Shown: positions 15,208 through 23,350 of the stretch, in pieces
How positions within the stretch are numbered: the first letter of the stretch is position 1
Layout: each line of letters starts with the position of its first letter
IMG/VR virus record: IMGVR_UViG_3300022187_000010
Direction: 5' to 3' (one strand)
From: a virus
Length of the DNA stretch: 34,903 bases
Made by a program: the position numbers and the translations under genes
The notes under the pieces: model-generated
Told to the model about the DNA's origin: nothing
The model's input: only the letters and a program-made list of their open reading frames with translations
The model's database searches: none

Positions 15208-18201
15208 TTAAGCTGTATATATTGAGTAATTAATAAGTATAGTCAAACTGCCATTACCAGTTCGAGGGTTTCCCGTATCTGTGTAAACTTTTAAAGCTGT
15301 GTTCGGGGGAAAGTTTGTTCCTGACCCTAAATAAGTAGGTTCTGCTTCTACGCTATAAGGTGCTGCGGTTGCTAGTATGCCATCTGCTGTGTATATTCGT
15401 GTGGAGTCGTCACCGAACGTAAACCTTACATTCGTGTTACTCGTATACGCTGTTGTTAAACCACCTTTAGATATAATTATCTTATTTGGTGAGATTATCT
15501 TCCCTGCTCCTGGTGCATCTATACAAGTTATTGGTGTGGTGTTTAATGAGAGTATTTGTGAGCTTGTTAAGTCTACCCTTGCCCATCTTGATCTATTTTC
15601 TAAATCTTCTTCTGCTATCTCTACACCATTGATATACGTTATACCACTTTCTAATATTTCAGCATTGTCAGTGTTTATTAAAGTTACATCAGTTAGACCA
15701 CCAGCAATAGTATTATTACTTCCGTTTACTTTTATGCGCTCAGCATCTGCACCAATTACATTGCCATCTCCAACCACATCTATACTACGAGCTGAATAAT
15801 GAACTGTATTGTCTTTACCGCTAACAGTTACATCATTTGCACGTTTATTATAGTTATTGTTGTTATAGTTAATAACTGTCTTTAATTTTGGTGGTGTATA
15901 CTCTTCAATGTCATCAGCACCACCTATTACTACACCCGTTGTAGCTACAAAGGGGCTTACATTCTTTAGTTTTAAAAATTCACACTTAGTCAAATCATTA
16001 GCATTAGCATTATAATCTATTACTTTGTTTAACCTCCAATATGCTTGTAAAAAGTAGTAATTATTTCTAAAGTCTAAATCATATACATCTTTTGGTGTAA
16101 GATTAAAATACCCACTAAATAGAATACTATTCTCGTTTGTTATCTCATCTATAAATTGCTTATGATACTCATTAAAGACATTTGCGTTAGTCCAATTAAG
16201 TGTAGTGTATGTATCATCATAATACACCTCCTTAACTACACCAAAGTTTAAATCAAAAGTAGGATTAAATGGATCGTCTAAGTGACCACAATAAGGGTAG
16301 TCTAAATGCGTTACACTTGTTGTAGCCGCAACGTGATTCCAGGATTGCCCAGTAATATTTCTAAGCCCATTATAGTAAAGTATTCTCATGTTAGCTGCAT
16401 AAGGCTTAATGCTGCCGTTACTATCTTGTTGAAAGATTCTAGGCATAACCATATCACTAAAGCCAGTATCTGCTACTGGTGTGGGACTAAATATAACTTC
16501 TGTTTTAATCTCATTTTTAACAAAGTCATTCTGTACGTCTTCAAAATGCTGACCGTATATCTCACCCCAAGATTCTATGTATTTTTGATTATAATAGTCT
16601 TTATCTTCCTTGTAGGTCCACAAGTAACGCCCTGCGTCTAAAGCACCCATTGGTGTAATCTCTTGCTCTCTATCAAATGCTAGTTTATCTGTACTATCAA
16701 AATCAACTTCTACACCGTTATCATAGAAATCATTACGTGGCTCTATAAAGTAGTTATTTTCATCGTTATTATCTTGCTCAACATATAAGTTAAACATCTT
16801 GATAATGCTGTTAAGTAAACTTTTAATTTCAATGTCAACAGGTAGTATGGTGTTCATATCTACTGTGCCACCTTCAACTAATCCAATATTGTTTATTTTA
16901 TTGTAGAATATAGAACCCGTCTTTACTTGAAAATATGCCTTACCACTATAATTAGTTACACCGTCTGTGAATAAAGTGGATGAGTCAAAAAGGTTTAGAT
17001 TAATCTGCGCCATCTCTATTGTTATTACATCTCCTTGTTGGCATAAGTGATTAACTACCGTAGGTGTAACTAAGTTTGCCCAATTCGGATCATAATTGTA
17101 ATTCCAAATATTATCAGGGTCTGGATTAGGTGCATTAGCACTTTCATAAGATGTAGTAAACGCTGGTATGTTACTTGTGTTTGCTCCAGCAGTGTAAAGT
17201 GCAATATATGAGCCGTTCTTTTTAATTCTCCATTGACAAGTTAATGAAGGTAAATTACAAGTAACAGATGCGGTAGTATCGGGAACTAATCTAATACCCA
17301 TAAATATTCTAGCACTAAATGTATAATATCCCGTATCAGGAACTGTGTAAGAATAAGTGACTACATTAAAGTTACCCCCGTTATCAAAGTTATTGCCGCT
17401 ACTATCATCATTAAATTCTATTGTAGCTAATGCACCAATACTGTTAAACTCTAATTCTTGTTTTGCGCTGTTACCAGCTTCAAATAACCTATCTTCTATC
17501 TGTTTGTTGGATAGTTCTAAACGCTCTCTGGTAAATGGGAATATTAACCTTTTAAATCTAGCTGAGTTAATAAATGAACTTTCGTAGGTGTAACCATAGG
17601 TGCTGAATATCTTATCCCATACTTCCTTAGCATATAAGGCAGGATACAACTCTGTTACTTTGTAGTCAACCTGATTAGCTGAATAACCATAATCAATTAA
17701 AGGATATACATAGCCATTACCATACTCAAATGCAACCGCAGAACTGTTTTGGATTATTGAAGTGTCCCAACTATTCTCTTGATTCTCTTTTGTGTACTCA
17801 TGGTTAAATTCGCTAAAGTCTAAAGATCCTAGCTTATCTTTACCTATGTCAAAAAATAGATTTGCTAAACTACCATAAATAACTACTTCATAACTAAACT
17901 TTCTAACTGCGCTTTGTTTGATTTTAGACAATCTAGCATAGCCATTAAACACTTCTACGCCATCTTGAATAACTAAACAACTTGCCTTAGTGTTTGCATT
18001 ATAACCACCACTTCTATTAACATTAAAAGCATGAGTAAATAGTTTATCATTTGTCTTAGTAGAGGGCAGTACAATAGTCTTACTAAATGACTGTTGACGT
18101 TTATCTGGCTCTCTTATATCTGCAATAGAATAATTAAGGGGGAAGTTAACGCCCTCTTCTGGCATATCTAGCAAAGTATTATCTATATAAATCTCTACCA
18201 T
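15208..18201 (-). CDS. Large tail or baseplate protein (candidate tail tip or receptor-binding protein)
   Basis: 997 aa, Asn/Thr/Tyr-rich. The C-terminal segment is beta-helix-like and repetitive (VTVSGKDNTV..VVGDGNVIG..VNGSNNTIAGG). Confidence 0.55.
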   Translation of the reverse strand: MVEIYIDNTLLDMPEEGVNFPLNYSIADIREPDKRQQSFSKTIVLPSTKTNDKLFTHAFNVNRSGGYNANTKASCLVIQDGVEVFNGYARLSKIKQSAVRKFSYEVVIYGSLANLFFDIGKDKLGSLDFSEFNHEYTKENQENSWDTSIIQNSSAVAFEYGNGYVYPLIDYGYSANQVDYKVTELYPALYAKEVWDKIFSTYGYTYESSFINSARFKRLIFPFTRERLELSNKQIEDRLFEAGNSAKQELEFNSIGALATIEFNDDSSGNNFDNGGNFNVVTYSYTVPDTGYYTFSARIFMGIRLVPDTTASVTCNLPSLTCQWRIKKNGSYIALYTAGANTSNIPAFTTSYESANAPNPDPDNIWNYNYDPNWANLVTPTVVNHLCQQGDVITIEMAQINLNLFDSSTLFTDGVTNYSGKAYFQVKTGSIFYNKINNIGLVEGGTVDMNTILPVDIEIKSLLNSIIKMFNLYVEQDNNDENNYFIEPRNDFYDNGVEVDFDSTDKLAFDREQEITPMGALDAGRYLWTYKEDKDYYNQKYIESWGEIYGQHFEDVQNDFVKNEIKTEVIFSPTPVADTGFSDMVMPRIFQQDSNGSIKPYAANMRILYYNGLRNITGQSWNHVAATTSVTHLDYPYCGHLDDPFNPTFDLNFGVVKEVYYDDTYTTLNWTNANVFNEYHKQFIDEITNENSILFSGYFNLTPKDVYDLDFRNNYYFLQAYWRLNKVIDYNANANDLTKCEFLKLKNVSPFVATTGVVIGGADDIEEYTPPKLKTVINYNNNNYNKRANDVTVSGKDNTVHYSARSIDVVGDGNVIGADAERIKVNGSNNTIAGGLTDVTLINTDNAEILESGITYINGVEIAEEDLENRSRWARVDLTSSQILSLNTTPITCIDAPGAGKIISPNKIIISKGGLTTAYTSNTNVRFTFGDDSTRIYTADGILATAAPYSVEAEPTYLGSGTNFPPNTALKVYTDTGNPRTGNGSLTILINYSIYTA

Positions 18202-19436
18202 TATCTTCTTTGTCTATAATTATTCCAAGCTAAGTTAACAGTCATTTCTAAGTTAAATGTCTTGTCAATTATGTTCTGCTTTTCTTCATAAGTATTGAGG
18301 TCGATATCTGCGACCGCAACCAATGTGCCATCTGGATATTCACAGTAGATTATAGGACTATCAAATAACTCTCTCAGCCAAATGCTCTCAGCTTCTGTTA
18401 TCCAGTTACTTGTTATTCTAATTGCTTTGTTAGTTTGTGTGTGATATGAGCGTCTTTGGTGTTTGGTTAAGTTTCTAGTCACTGCATCTTCTGAACGTGT
18501 ATAACCATGTGTCATGTAGTTAGATTGTTCTTTCGACCAGTTAATCTTATGAACTAAATCAAACGCAAAACTATCAAAACCACCAAGCTCGTTAATGAAA
18601 TGAAGTGTATATCTATCAAAACCAGTACACGTTAAATCCCTTGTGTATGTTCTTAGCTCACTTGTTCTTGTTATACCATTGTCAAACGTCTGCACGTCAT
18701 AAGAGGCTACATCTGCATCTAAGATAGGTAATGCACCACTATTTACAGTAACGCCCGTCACATCGTTTAAATTAGCACCTACTGGAAATCTAACATGGTT
18801 GTCTGTATAACTACCACCACCCCTATATGGATTGCTAAACAAAAATAGCCCGTTTAATGTACCCGTACTATCGTACGTTCTTACTCTTACTCTATCTAAA
18901 TATACTGTACTGTTATCGTTGTACATATAAAGCCATGCATTCATGTCGCTTGGGATTGTCCTATTAACTGGTGCGTTAGTTAAGAACTTGGTCAGTGCGC
19001 TTGAATTATTATAGTAGTCTGTATAATCAAATCCTATATAATCCTCATACTCTAAAGAACCATTAATAACTTCTAAAGTTTCTGATGTAGCAAGTCCGCT
19101 AAAATCTGTTATCACTCCGCTGACATCATATTGCTCTCCAAAGTCTACGTAAACCTCTGCAATTGAGTTAGGGTTATTTTTAATGCTGTCATCGTTTAAC
19201 GCTGTATCAAAGTCAAAGGTAAGGTAAGATTCTATAATACTTGCAATATCTATAAAGCCATTAGAGTAGTTAGGATCTGCTGGTGTAAGGTATCTATGTC
19301 TCTTAACACCGTTAACATAAACATCTGAAATAAACTTAAATGATGTCTCACTTGTATTGGTTGAACTAAGGACATAATCAATAGGATTATAAGCCGTAGC
19401 CATTCCAGTTACTTGTTGGTCTATTGTTATTGCCAT
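18201..19436 (-). CDS. Tail structural protein
   Basis: 411 aa, with TAATG coupling on both sides to virion genes. Confidence 0.5.
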   Translation of the reverse strand: MAITIDQQVTGMATAYNPIDYVLSSTNTSETSFKFISDVYVNGVKRHRYLTPADPNYSNGFIDIASIIESYLTFDFDTALNDDSIKNNPNSIAEVYVDFGEQYDVSGVITDFSGLATSETLEVINGSLEYEDYIGFDYTDYYNNSSALTKFLTNAPVNRTIPSDMNAWLYMYNDNSTVYLDRVRVRTYDSTGTLNGLFLFSNPYRGGGSYTDNHVRFPVGANLNDVTGVTVNSGALPILDADVASYDVQTFDNGITRTSELRTYTRDLTCTGFDRYTLHFINELGGFDSFAFDLVHKINWSKEQSNYMTHGYTRSEDAVTRNLTKHQRRSYHTQTNKAIRITSNWITEAESIWLRELFDSPIIYCEYPDGTLVAVADIDLNTYEEKQNIIDKTFNLEMTVNLAWNNYRQRR

Positions 19437-19969
19437 TACTTGTCGTATTGTTTTACTATTAACTCCGCTAGTTCATCTATTAATGATTGAACCTCTGGAG
19501 AATCTATTGTATTACTAGCCCACTTAGTAGCCTTAATACCTTTGTAGAATATTGACCGAGCAACTGCAAACGGGCTTATCCCTCTACTGTCTGCGTATTG
19601 CCTTAGTGATTGACCTCCTATTGTGCTTACGTTTGTAGGTGGCATCTTGTCAGTGTACGCAAAGTCTCTACCATATCCTAACTCGATTCCTAATGATTGC
19701 CCCGACTTAGTTCCTGCAACACCCGCGTCTTGATAACTACCATATTCTTCCCACTCAATCTCTAGCACATATCCGTTATCTGTTTCCTTAATAGGCAGAA
19801 CGGGTGCAATAGACTGCTGTAAATAACCGCTATTGTCTGGTGCGTTTCTTTGCAATGCTTGGACTAATCTGTTAGCCACCTCTTTAATAGATAGTTTAGC
19901 AGCATCGTTTATCTGTGCTGCTACCTCTCTTCCTAGTTCATTAAGCTGGTCTAATCCTTTAACCCCCAT
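19436..19969 (-). CDS. HK97 gp10-like neck or tail-completion protein
   Basis: 177 aa. The pattern RNAPDNSGYLQQSI ... YQDAG is typical of the gp10 family. Confidence 0.55.
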   Translation of the reverse strand: MGVKGLDQLNELGREVAAQINDAAKLSIKEVANRLVQALQRNAPDNSGYLQQSIAPVLPIKETDNGYVLEIEWEEYGSYQDAGVAGTKSGQSLGIELGYGRDFAYTDKMPPTNVSTIGGQSLRQYADSRGISPFAVARSIFYKGIKATKWASNTIDSPEVQSLIDELAELIVKQYDK

Positions 19970-19970
19970 T

Positions 19971-20002
19971 ATTAATAAATATAAAATAAGCGTTTTGTAA
20001 CA
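19971..20002 (-). promoter_or_regulatory. Conserved promoter-like element, copy A: TGTTAC-N13-TATATTTAT-TAAT
   Basis: Same element and spacing as the other copies. It lies directly 3' of a terminator and 1 nt before ATG 19969. Confidence 0.6.
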
Positions 20003-20006
20003 GCAT

Positions 20007-20037
20007 AAAAAAACCCCGCCAAACTAATGACGAGGGC
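20007..20037 (-). terminator. Intrinsic terminator candidate
   Basis: Minus strand reads CCCTCGTCA-loop-TTGGCGGGG (8 bp including G-U pairs and one bulge) followed by TTTTTTT. Confidence 0.55.
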
Positions 20038-20073
20038 ATTATAGATATGAAAGGCTTTACTTCTTTTTAACCA

Positions 20074-20430
20074 TTATTCATCGGCTTCTGGTATAGATAT
20101 TATCTCCACCTTAATTTTATCTGATGGAGGTAGTCGTGTATATCGTGTAGTTAATTCAGACTTTTCTCCGTTCTCATCTAAAAGCCACATAGAATGTTGG
20201 AAGAATCTCATATTCTCTGTGCTTAGTAAATCTTTTACGGGCATCTCCTTTAACATCCAATTCCTTTTCCATCCCCACGAATCAGAAATTATAGAAAACT
20301 CATGGTGGAGGTTGTCATGTGTTAAGTCATACGTAAACATATCTTCTGCGAAACAAGCAAAATTTGCGTACATATCCAATATGTTTAGGCGTTTAATTTC
20401 GTCGATTATTTTTTCAATATCTTCATTCAT
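20074..20430 (-). CDS. Hypothetical protein
   Basis: 118-aa ORF with an ATG start. Confidence 0.6.
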   Translation of the reverse strand: MNEDIEKIIDEIKRLNILDMYANFACFAEDMFTYDLTHDNLHHEFSIISDSWGWKRNWMLKEMPVKDLLSTENMRFFQHSMWLLDENGEKSELTTRYTRLPPSDKIKVEIISIPEADE

Positions 20431-20431
20431 G

Positions 20432-21153
20432 TTACTTCTTATTTAACTGTTGTTTAATTAACTTCTGTTTGTCTTTCTCTTGAGCTAAGATATTCAAAAA
20501 CTCTATAACTCCTAAATCTAAGTAGTAATTTCTTTTAGTGTAGTCGCCATTACATAGATTATCTAGGGTTGCTGCCCATCCATATCTTTCTGCATACCAT
20601 GCGCTGTCGCTGTCAACTCCTCCGCCATCTTTTCCAAATAGCTTGGTATATCTTCCAACAATGTCGCCCAAACTCTGCAAAAAAAAATCACGTTAGGATA
20701 GACATAAGCTACAGGCATATCTAACACCATTGCAAACTTGTCTTGATCTGTTAGGCGTTTCTTCCAGAACTTCCATCTAGGTGTAGTCTCTTCTGTTATA
20801 ACTCCCATTAAGATATTTAACCTTTGGATAAGTTCTAGTTCAGTTCCCTTGCTTAGTTCTGTGCCGTCTATAAACTGTTCTGCTTTTATTCTAGTAGCAT
20901 CTACGATAGGCTCGAATCTTCTACCCTTAAACTTGAATCTATACATACTGTCACCATCAGGTGCATTAAACGCCCATTCCTCTCTTTTAGCTAAGGCTCT
21001 TAGTTCCTGCATAGGTAACTGCATCAAATCATCGTACTTGTGCTTAGTTGCTATCTCTAGCACCTTTGCCATGCGTTTAACTGGATTAAGTTCTAGGTGT
21101 ATTACTTCTTGAATACGTATAAAGTCTCTAACTGTCTTGTCCTTCCAACTCAT
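20432..21153 (-). CDS. Predicted 240-aa trans-frame product: frame-0 residues 1-158 joined by a -1 shift at a U9 run to the downstream ORF
   Basis: ORFs 20563..21153 and 20432..20680 overlap by 118 nt. The downstream ORF has no ATG and begins exactly at the end of the TTTTTTTTT run. A -1 slip on T TTT TTT gives ...NVIFF-LQSLGDIVGRY.... Confidence 0.5.
20563..21153 (-). CDS. Frame-0 product (196 aa) of the two-frame gene; function unknown
   Basis: ATG start at 21153. The 38 residues after the U9 run look like out-of-frame sequence. Confidence 0.55.
   Translation of the reverse strand: MSWKDKTVRDFIRIQEVIHLELNPVKRMAKVLEIATKHKYDDLMQLPMQELRALAKREEWAFNAPDGDSMYRFKFKGRRFEPIVDATRIKAEQFIDGTELSKGTELELIQRLNILMGVITEETTPRWKFWKKRLTDQDKFAMVLDMPVAYVYPNVIFFCRVWATLLEDIPSYLEKMAEELTATAHGMQKDMDGQQP
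20679..20687 (-). other. U9 homopolymer slippery site (A9 on the plus strand)
   Basis: mRNA sense reads GTG ATT TTT TTT TGC. It contains the X XXY YYZ-type heptamer T TTT TTT and is long enough for RNA polymerase slippage. Confidence 0.55.
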
Positions 21154-21376
21154 ACTCTCTTAAATAAATATCTATCAAATCTTTTGTTTTCTCTAAGTCA
21201 ATATAGAACTCACCTTTGTGTCTACACCTTACTACTCGTTTAAGTATGTCAAACTCATAGGCATTCAATCCCCAATCTTCTGCAAACTTGTATAGGCTGT
21301 CTTTGCCTTTGTAGTGTGGTTGGGTGTTTGTTGTGACTTCGCATTCGTCCCTATCTGACCAATTCATATCTATCAT
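21128..21376 (-). CDS. DUF3310-family phage protein
   Basis: 82 aa. The pattern HYKGKDSLYKFAEDWGL..YEFDILKRVVRCRHKG...DLEKTKDLIDIYL matches DUF3310. Confidence 0.6.
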   Translation of the reverse strand: MIDMNWSDRDECEVTTNTQPHYKGKDSLYKFAEDWGLNAYEFDILKRVVRCRHKGEFYIDLEKTKDLIDIYLREYELEGQDS

Positions 21377-21542
21377 TTAAAAAAGGAGTAACGCTCGTTT
21401 GCCGACTACCCCCTTATTGACCAAACCTTTAAATAAATTAACTCCTACTAACCGCTTAGATGGAGCGTCTAATTTTTTAAAGATATTAATTGCCTACTCT
21501 ATCACGTTTTCGGCTTCCCGTATAAATATAAAGATAACAAAA

Positions 21543-22745
21543 TTATCTAATAATATAAACACCGCTTTGTTTTTTACTTAGTTTTCTTTCAGCAATATAT
21601 CTTAAGGAATCTAATATATGATTATAGTCGTCTATTGGCTTATCCTTATATTTGTTAGTTGAGTAGTCTTTCATCCATACGTAATTTTTAAGCTCTTTAA
21701 TTGCGTTCTCACTTCTCTCCGTTACGTTTATCTTATACCTCTGTACTATGTCTATGGTGGCTCTTATACTGTCCTGCCCTTTTACGGATGGGTGTATATT
21801 AAAGCCTTCTAGTTTTATTTCTCTTATACTCTTAGGCTCTGCGCTATCCGCTACTATTTCCTTGCTCTGTGTTATACCTAACCTTAGAAGTCTCTTAGCT
21901 ATATCCTGGTTAGTCATTCCCGTTTCATAACATAACTCATCTAGCCATATTTGACCATCTGCAAACACTACCCTTATAATTGTTGTAGGGTCGTTAGTGA
22001 ATCCAAAATCAATCCCGTATACTTCCCATTGATACTCGGTAGGCATCTTCTTACACTCTGCCCAATTAGTAAATACAACACCTTCACGTCTTGACCTCTT
22101 ACCTAGTCCGTATACTTCCCACTTAAACTCATCTGCTGTGCCTGCTATTATGTTCTTATCCGTAGGCTCATAACTTAATATCTTCTTCTTAACCTCTTCT
22201 GGTGCAAACTCATTATCAAATACGGTACTGTGAATATACACTACATCGTCACGCTTTAATACGTTGTCGTATATCCAATGTTCATCTGTTGATGGGTTGT
22301 AATCCATTATCCACTTACCCTTACATCTTTGCTCTAGTTGGTCGAAATCATCCTTAGTCGCTTCTATTGCTTCGTTGATCCAGAATATATCAGTCTCTAC
22401 ACCATGTATCTTTTGGGGGGTGTCTAGTCCTCCAAATGTTAACTCGTTATTATTCCATTCGTATCTAAATGGATTCTTTGTAAAGTGAATTGGTAAGCCT
22501 ATTGATTGTATTACATTCTGCATAGTGGCCAGTACTGACATTCTAATCCATGTGTACTTTTGCCTTGCAACCATTATAGTTAAACCCTCATTCTGATAAC
22601 CGTATAGTATTAATGCTTGTGCTATGCTCCATGACTTGCTAGATCGTGATCCACCCTCCAATACAATGCCACGTACTTTAGGGTCGTTTATTGCTGCCCA
22701 TAGTTTCTGAAATACATCAGTAGTATGTACTTTATGCTTTGCCAA
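21543..22745 (-). CDS. terL: Terminase large subunit (PBSX/Terminase_3-like)
   Basis: 400 aa. Walker A-like GGSRSSKSWS near the N-terminus. Nuclease-half acidic motifs (YGIDFGF, ADSAEPKSI, DSLRY). TTG start, with an in-frame TAG 15 nt (five codons) upstream of it. Confidence 0.85.
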   Translation of the reverse strand: MAKHKVHTTDVFQKLWAAINDPKVRGIVLEGGSRSSKSWSIAQALILYGYQNEGLTIMVARQKYTWIRMSVLATMQNVIQSIGLPIHFTKNPFRYEWNNNELTFGGLDTPQKIHGVETDIFWINEAIEATKDDFDQLEQRCKGKWIMDYNPSTDEHWIYDNVLKRDDVVYIHSTVFDNEFAPEEVKKKILSYEPTDKNIIAGTADEFKWEVYGLGKRSRREGVVFTNWAECKKMPTEYQWEVYGIDFGFTNDPTTIIRVVFADGQIWLDELCYETGMTNQDIAKRLLRLGITQSKEIVADSAEPKSIREIKLEGFNIHPSVKGQDSIRATIDIVQRYKINVTERSENAIKELKNYVWMKDYSTNKYKDKPIDDYNHILDSLRYIAERKLSKKQSGVYIIR

Positions 22746-22857
22746 ATTTTCGTATCTGTTCTACTATACCTTTAGAGTAGCGCTTTAATAGTCTTTCGTT
22801 AACCTCATCACTTACAACCGCCGCAAACTTATTTCTTTTCAATTTTTCTAAGCTCAT
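22732..22857 (-). CDS. Possible 41-aa small ORF bridging the sulfotransferase and terL genes (MSLEKLKRNKFAAVVSDEVNERLLKRYSKGIVEQIRKFGKA)
   Basis: ATG at 22857. It is open across the otherwise unassigned 83-nt gap and overlaps both neighbours. It is below the ORF-track cutoff. Confidence 0.25.
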   Translation of the reverse strand: MSLEKLKRNKFAAVVSDEVNERLLKRYSKGIVEQIRKFGKA

Positions 22858-23350
22858 AGATGCCGTTGTTTATTTTCTCTGATTCAACATCTATAAAGTT
22901 TGGGTATTCGCTGAATTTGTGTTTTATCTTTAAACCCAATGCGTCTGCAATTTCTTTTTGAACCTTATCGGGATGGTGGGTTAACTCTTCAAAATGTACA
23001 ATATGTGTAATGTGTTTTTTGTATTTAACCATTTGATCTTCTACATCGTTGTATCTTTTCTCTGGGACATAACCATTATCCGATTTTAATACATCCGCTT
23101 TATTCCTATGGATGTGTAGTATCTTAACGTCATTATCTTTTATTAGCTTAATTGCTTCCTTTATAAAGTCATTATCAACCCCAATACTGAATATCTGTTT
23201 TGCGTTTCTTTTTGCCACATCGTATTCACTCTCTAAAAACCTTTTTAAAGACATTTCATCAACTGCTACACTCAAACCCTCAAAAGCATTCATTAAACGT
23301 CTTAGAAGCGTTGTTCCCGTTTTTGCACAACCTGTTATGTAAACCCTCAT
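22829..23350 (-). CDS. PAPS-dependent sulfotransferase-family protein
   Basis: 173 aa. 5'-PSB-like loop GCAKTGTTLL, 3'-PB-like HRNKADVLKS, and the family-typical VHFEELTHHPDKVQKEIADALGL. Confidence 0.7.
   Translation of the reverse strand: MRVYITGCAKTGTTLLRRLMNAFEGLSVAVDEMSLKRFLESEYDVAKRNAKQIFSIGVDNDFIKEAIKLIKDNDVKILHIHRNKADVLKSDNGYVPEKRYNDVEDQMVKYKKHITHIVHFEELTHHPDKVQKEIADALGLKIKHKFSEYPNFIDVESEKINNGIYELRKIEKK

Noticed and set aside
20563-20680. Genuine dual coding of the 118-nt overlap by two independent genes.
   Set aside because: The downstream ORF lacks an ATG and starts exactly at the end of a U9 run. The frame-0 continuation looks non-protein-like. A frame shift or homopolymer error explains the overlap better.
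21523-21531. Fifth copy of the late promoter element (TATATTTAT just after the terL stop).
   Set aside because: Only the downstream box is present. The position 13 nt upstream reads TAGATA rather than (T/A)GTTAC, so it is not counted as a full copy.
21377-21542. Possible tRNA or other small RNA gene in the gap after terL.
   Set aside because: I could not build a cloverleaf. There is no T-loop-like GTTCRANNC sequence. The only 6-9-bp acceptor-like pairing spans about 63 nt, and no D-arm or anticodon-arm pairings fit. The region is kept only as an unexplained structured region.
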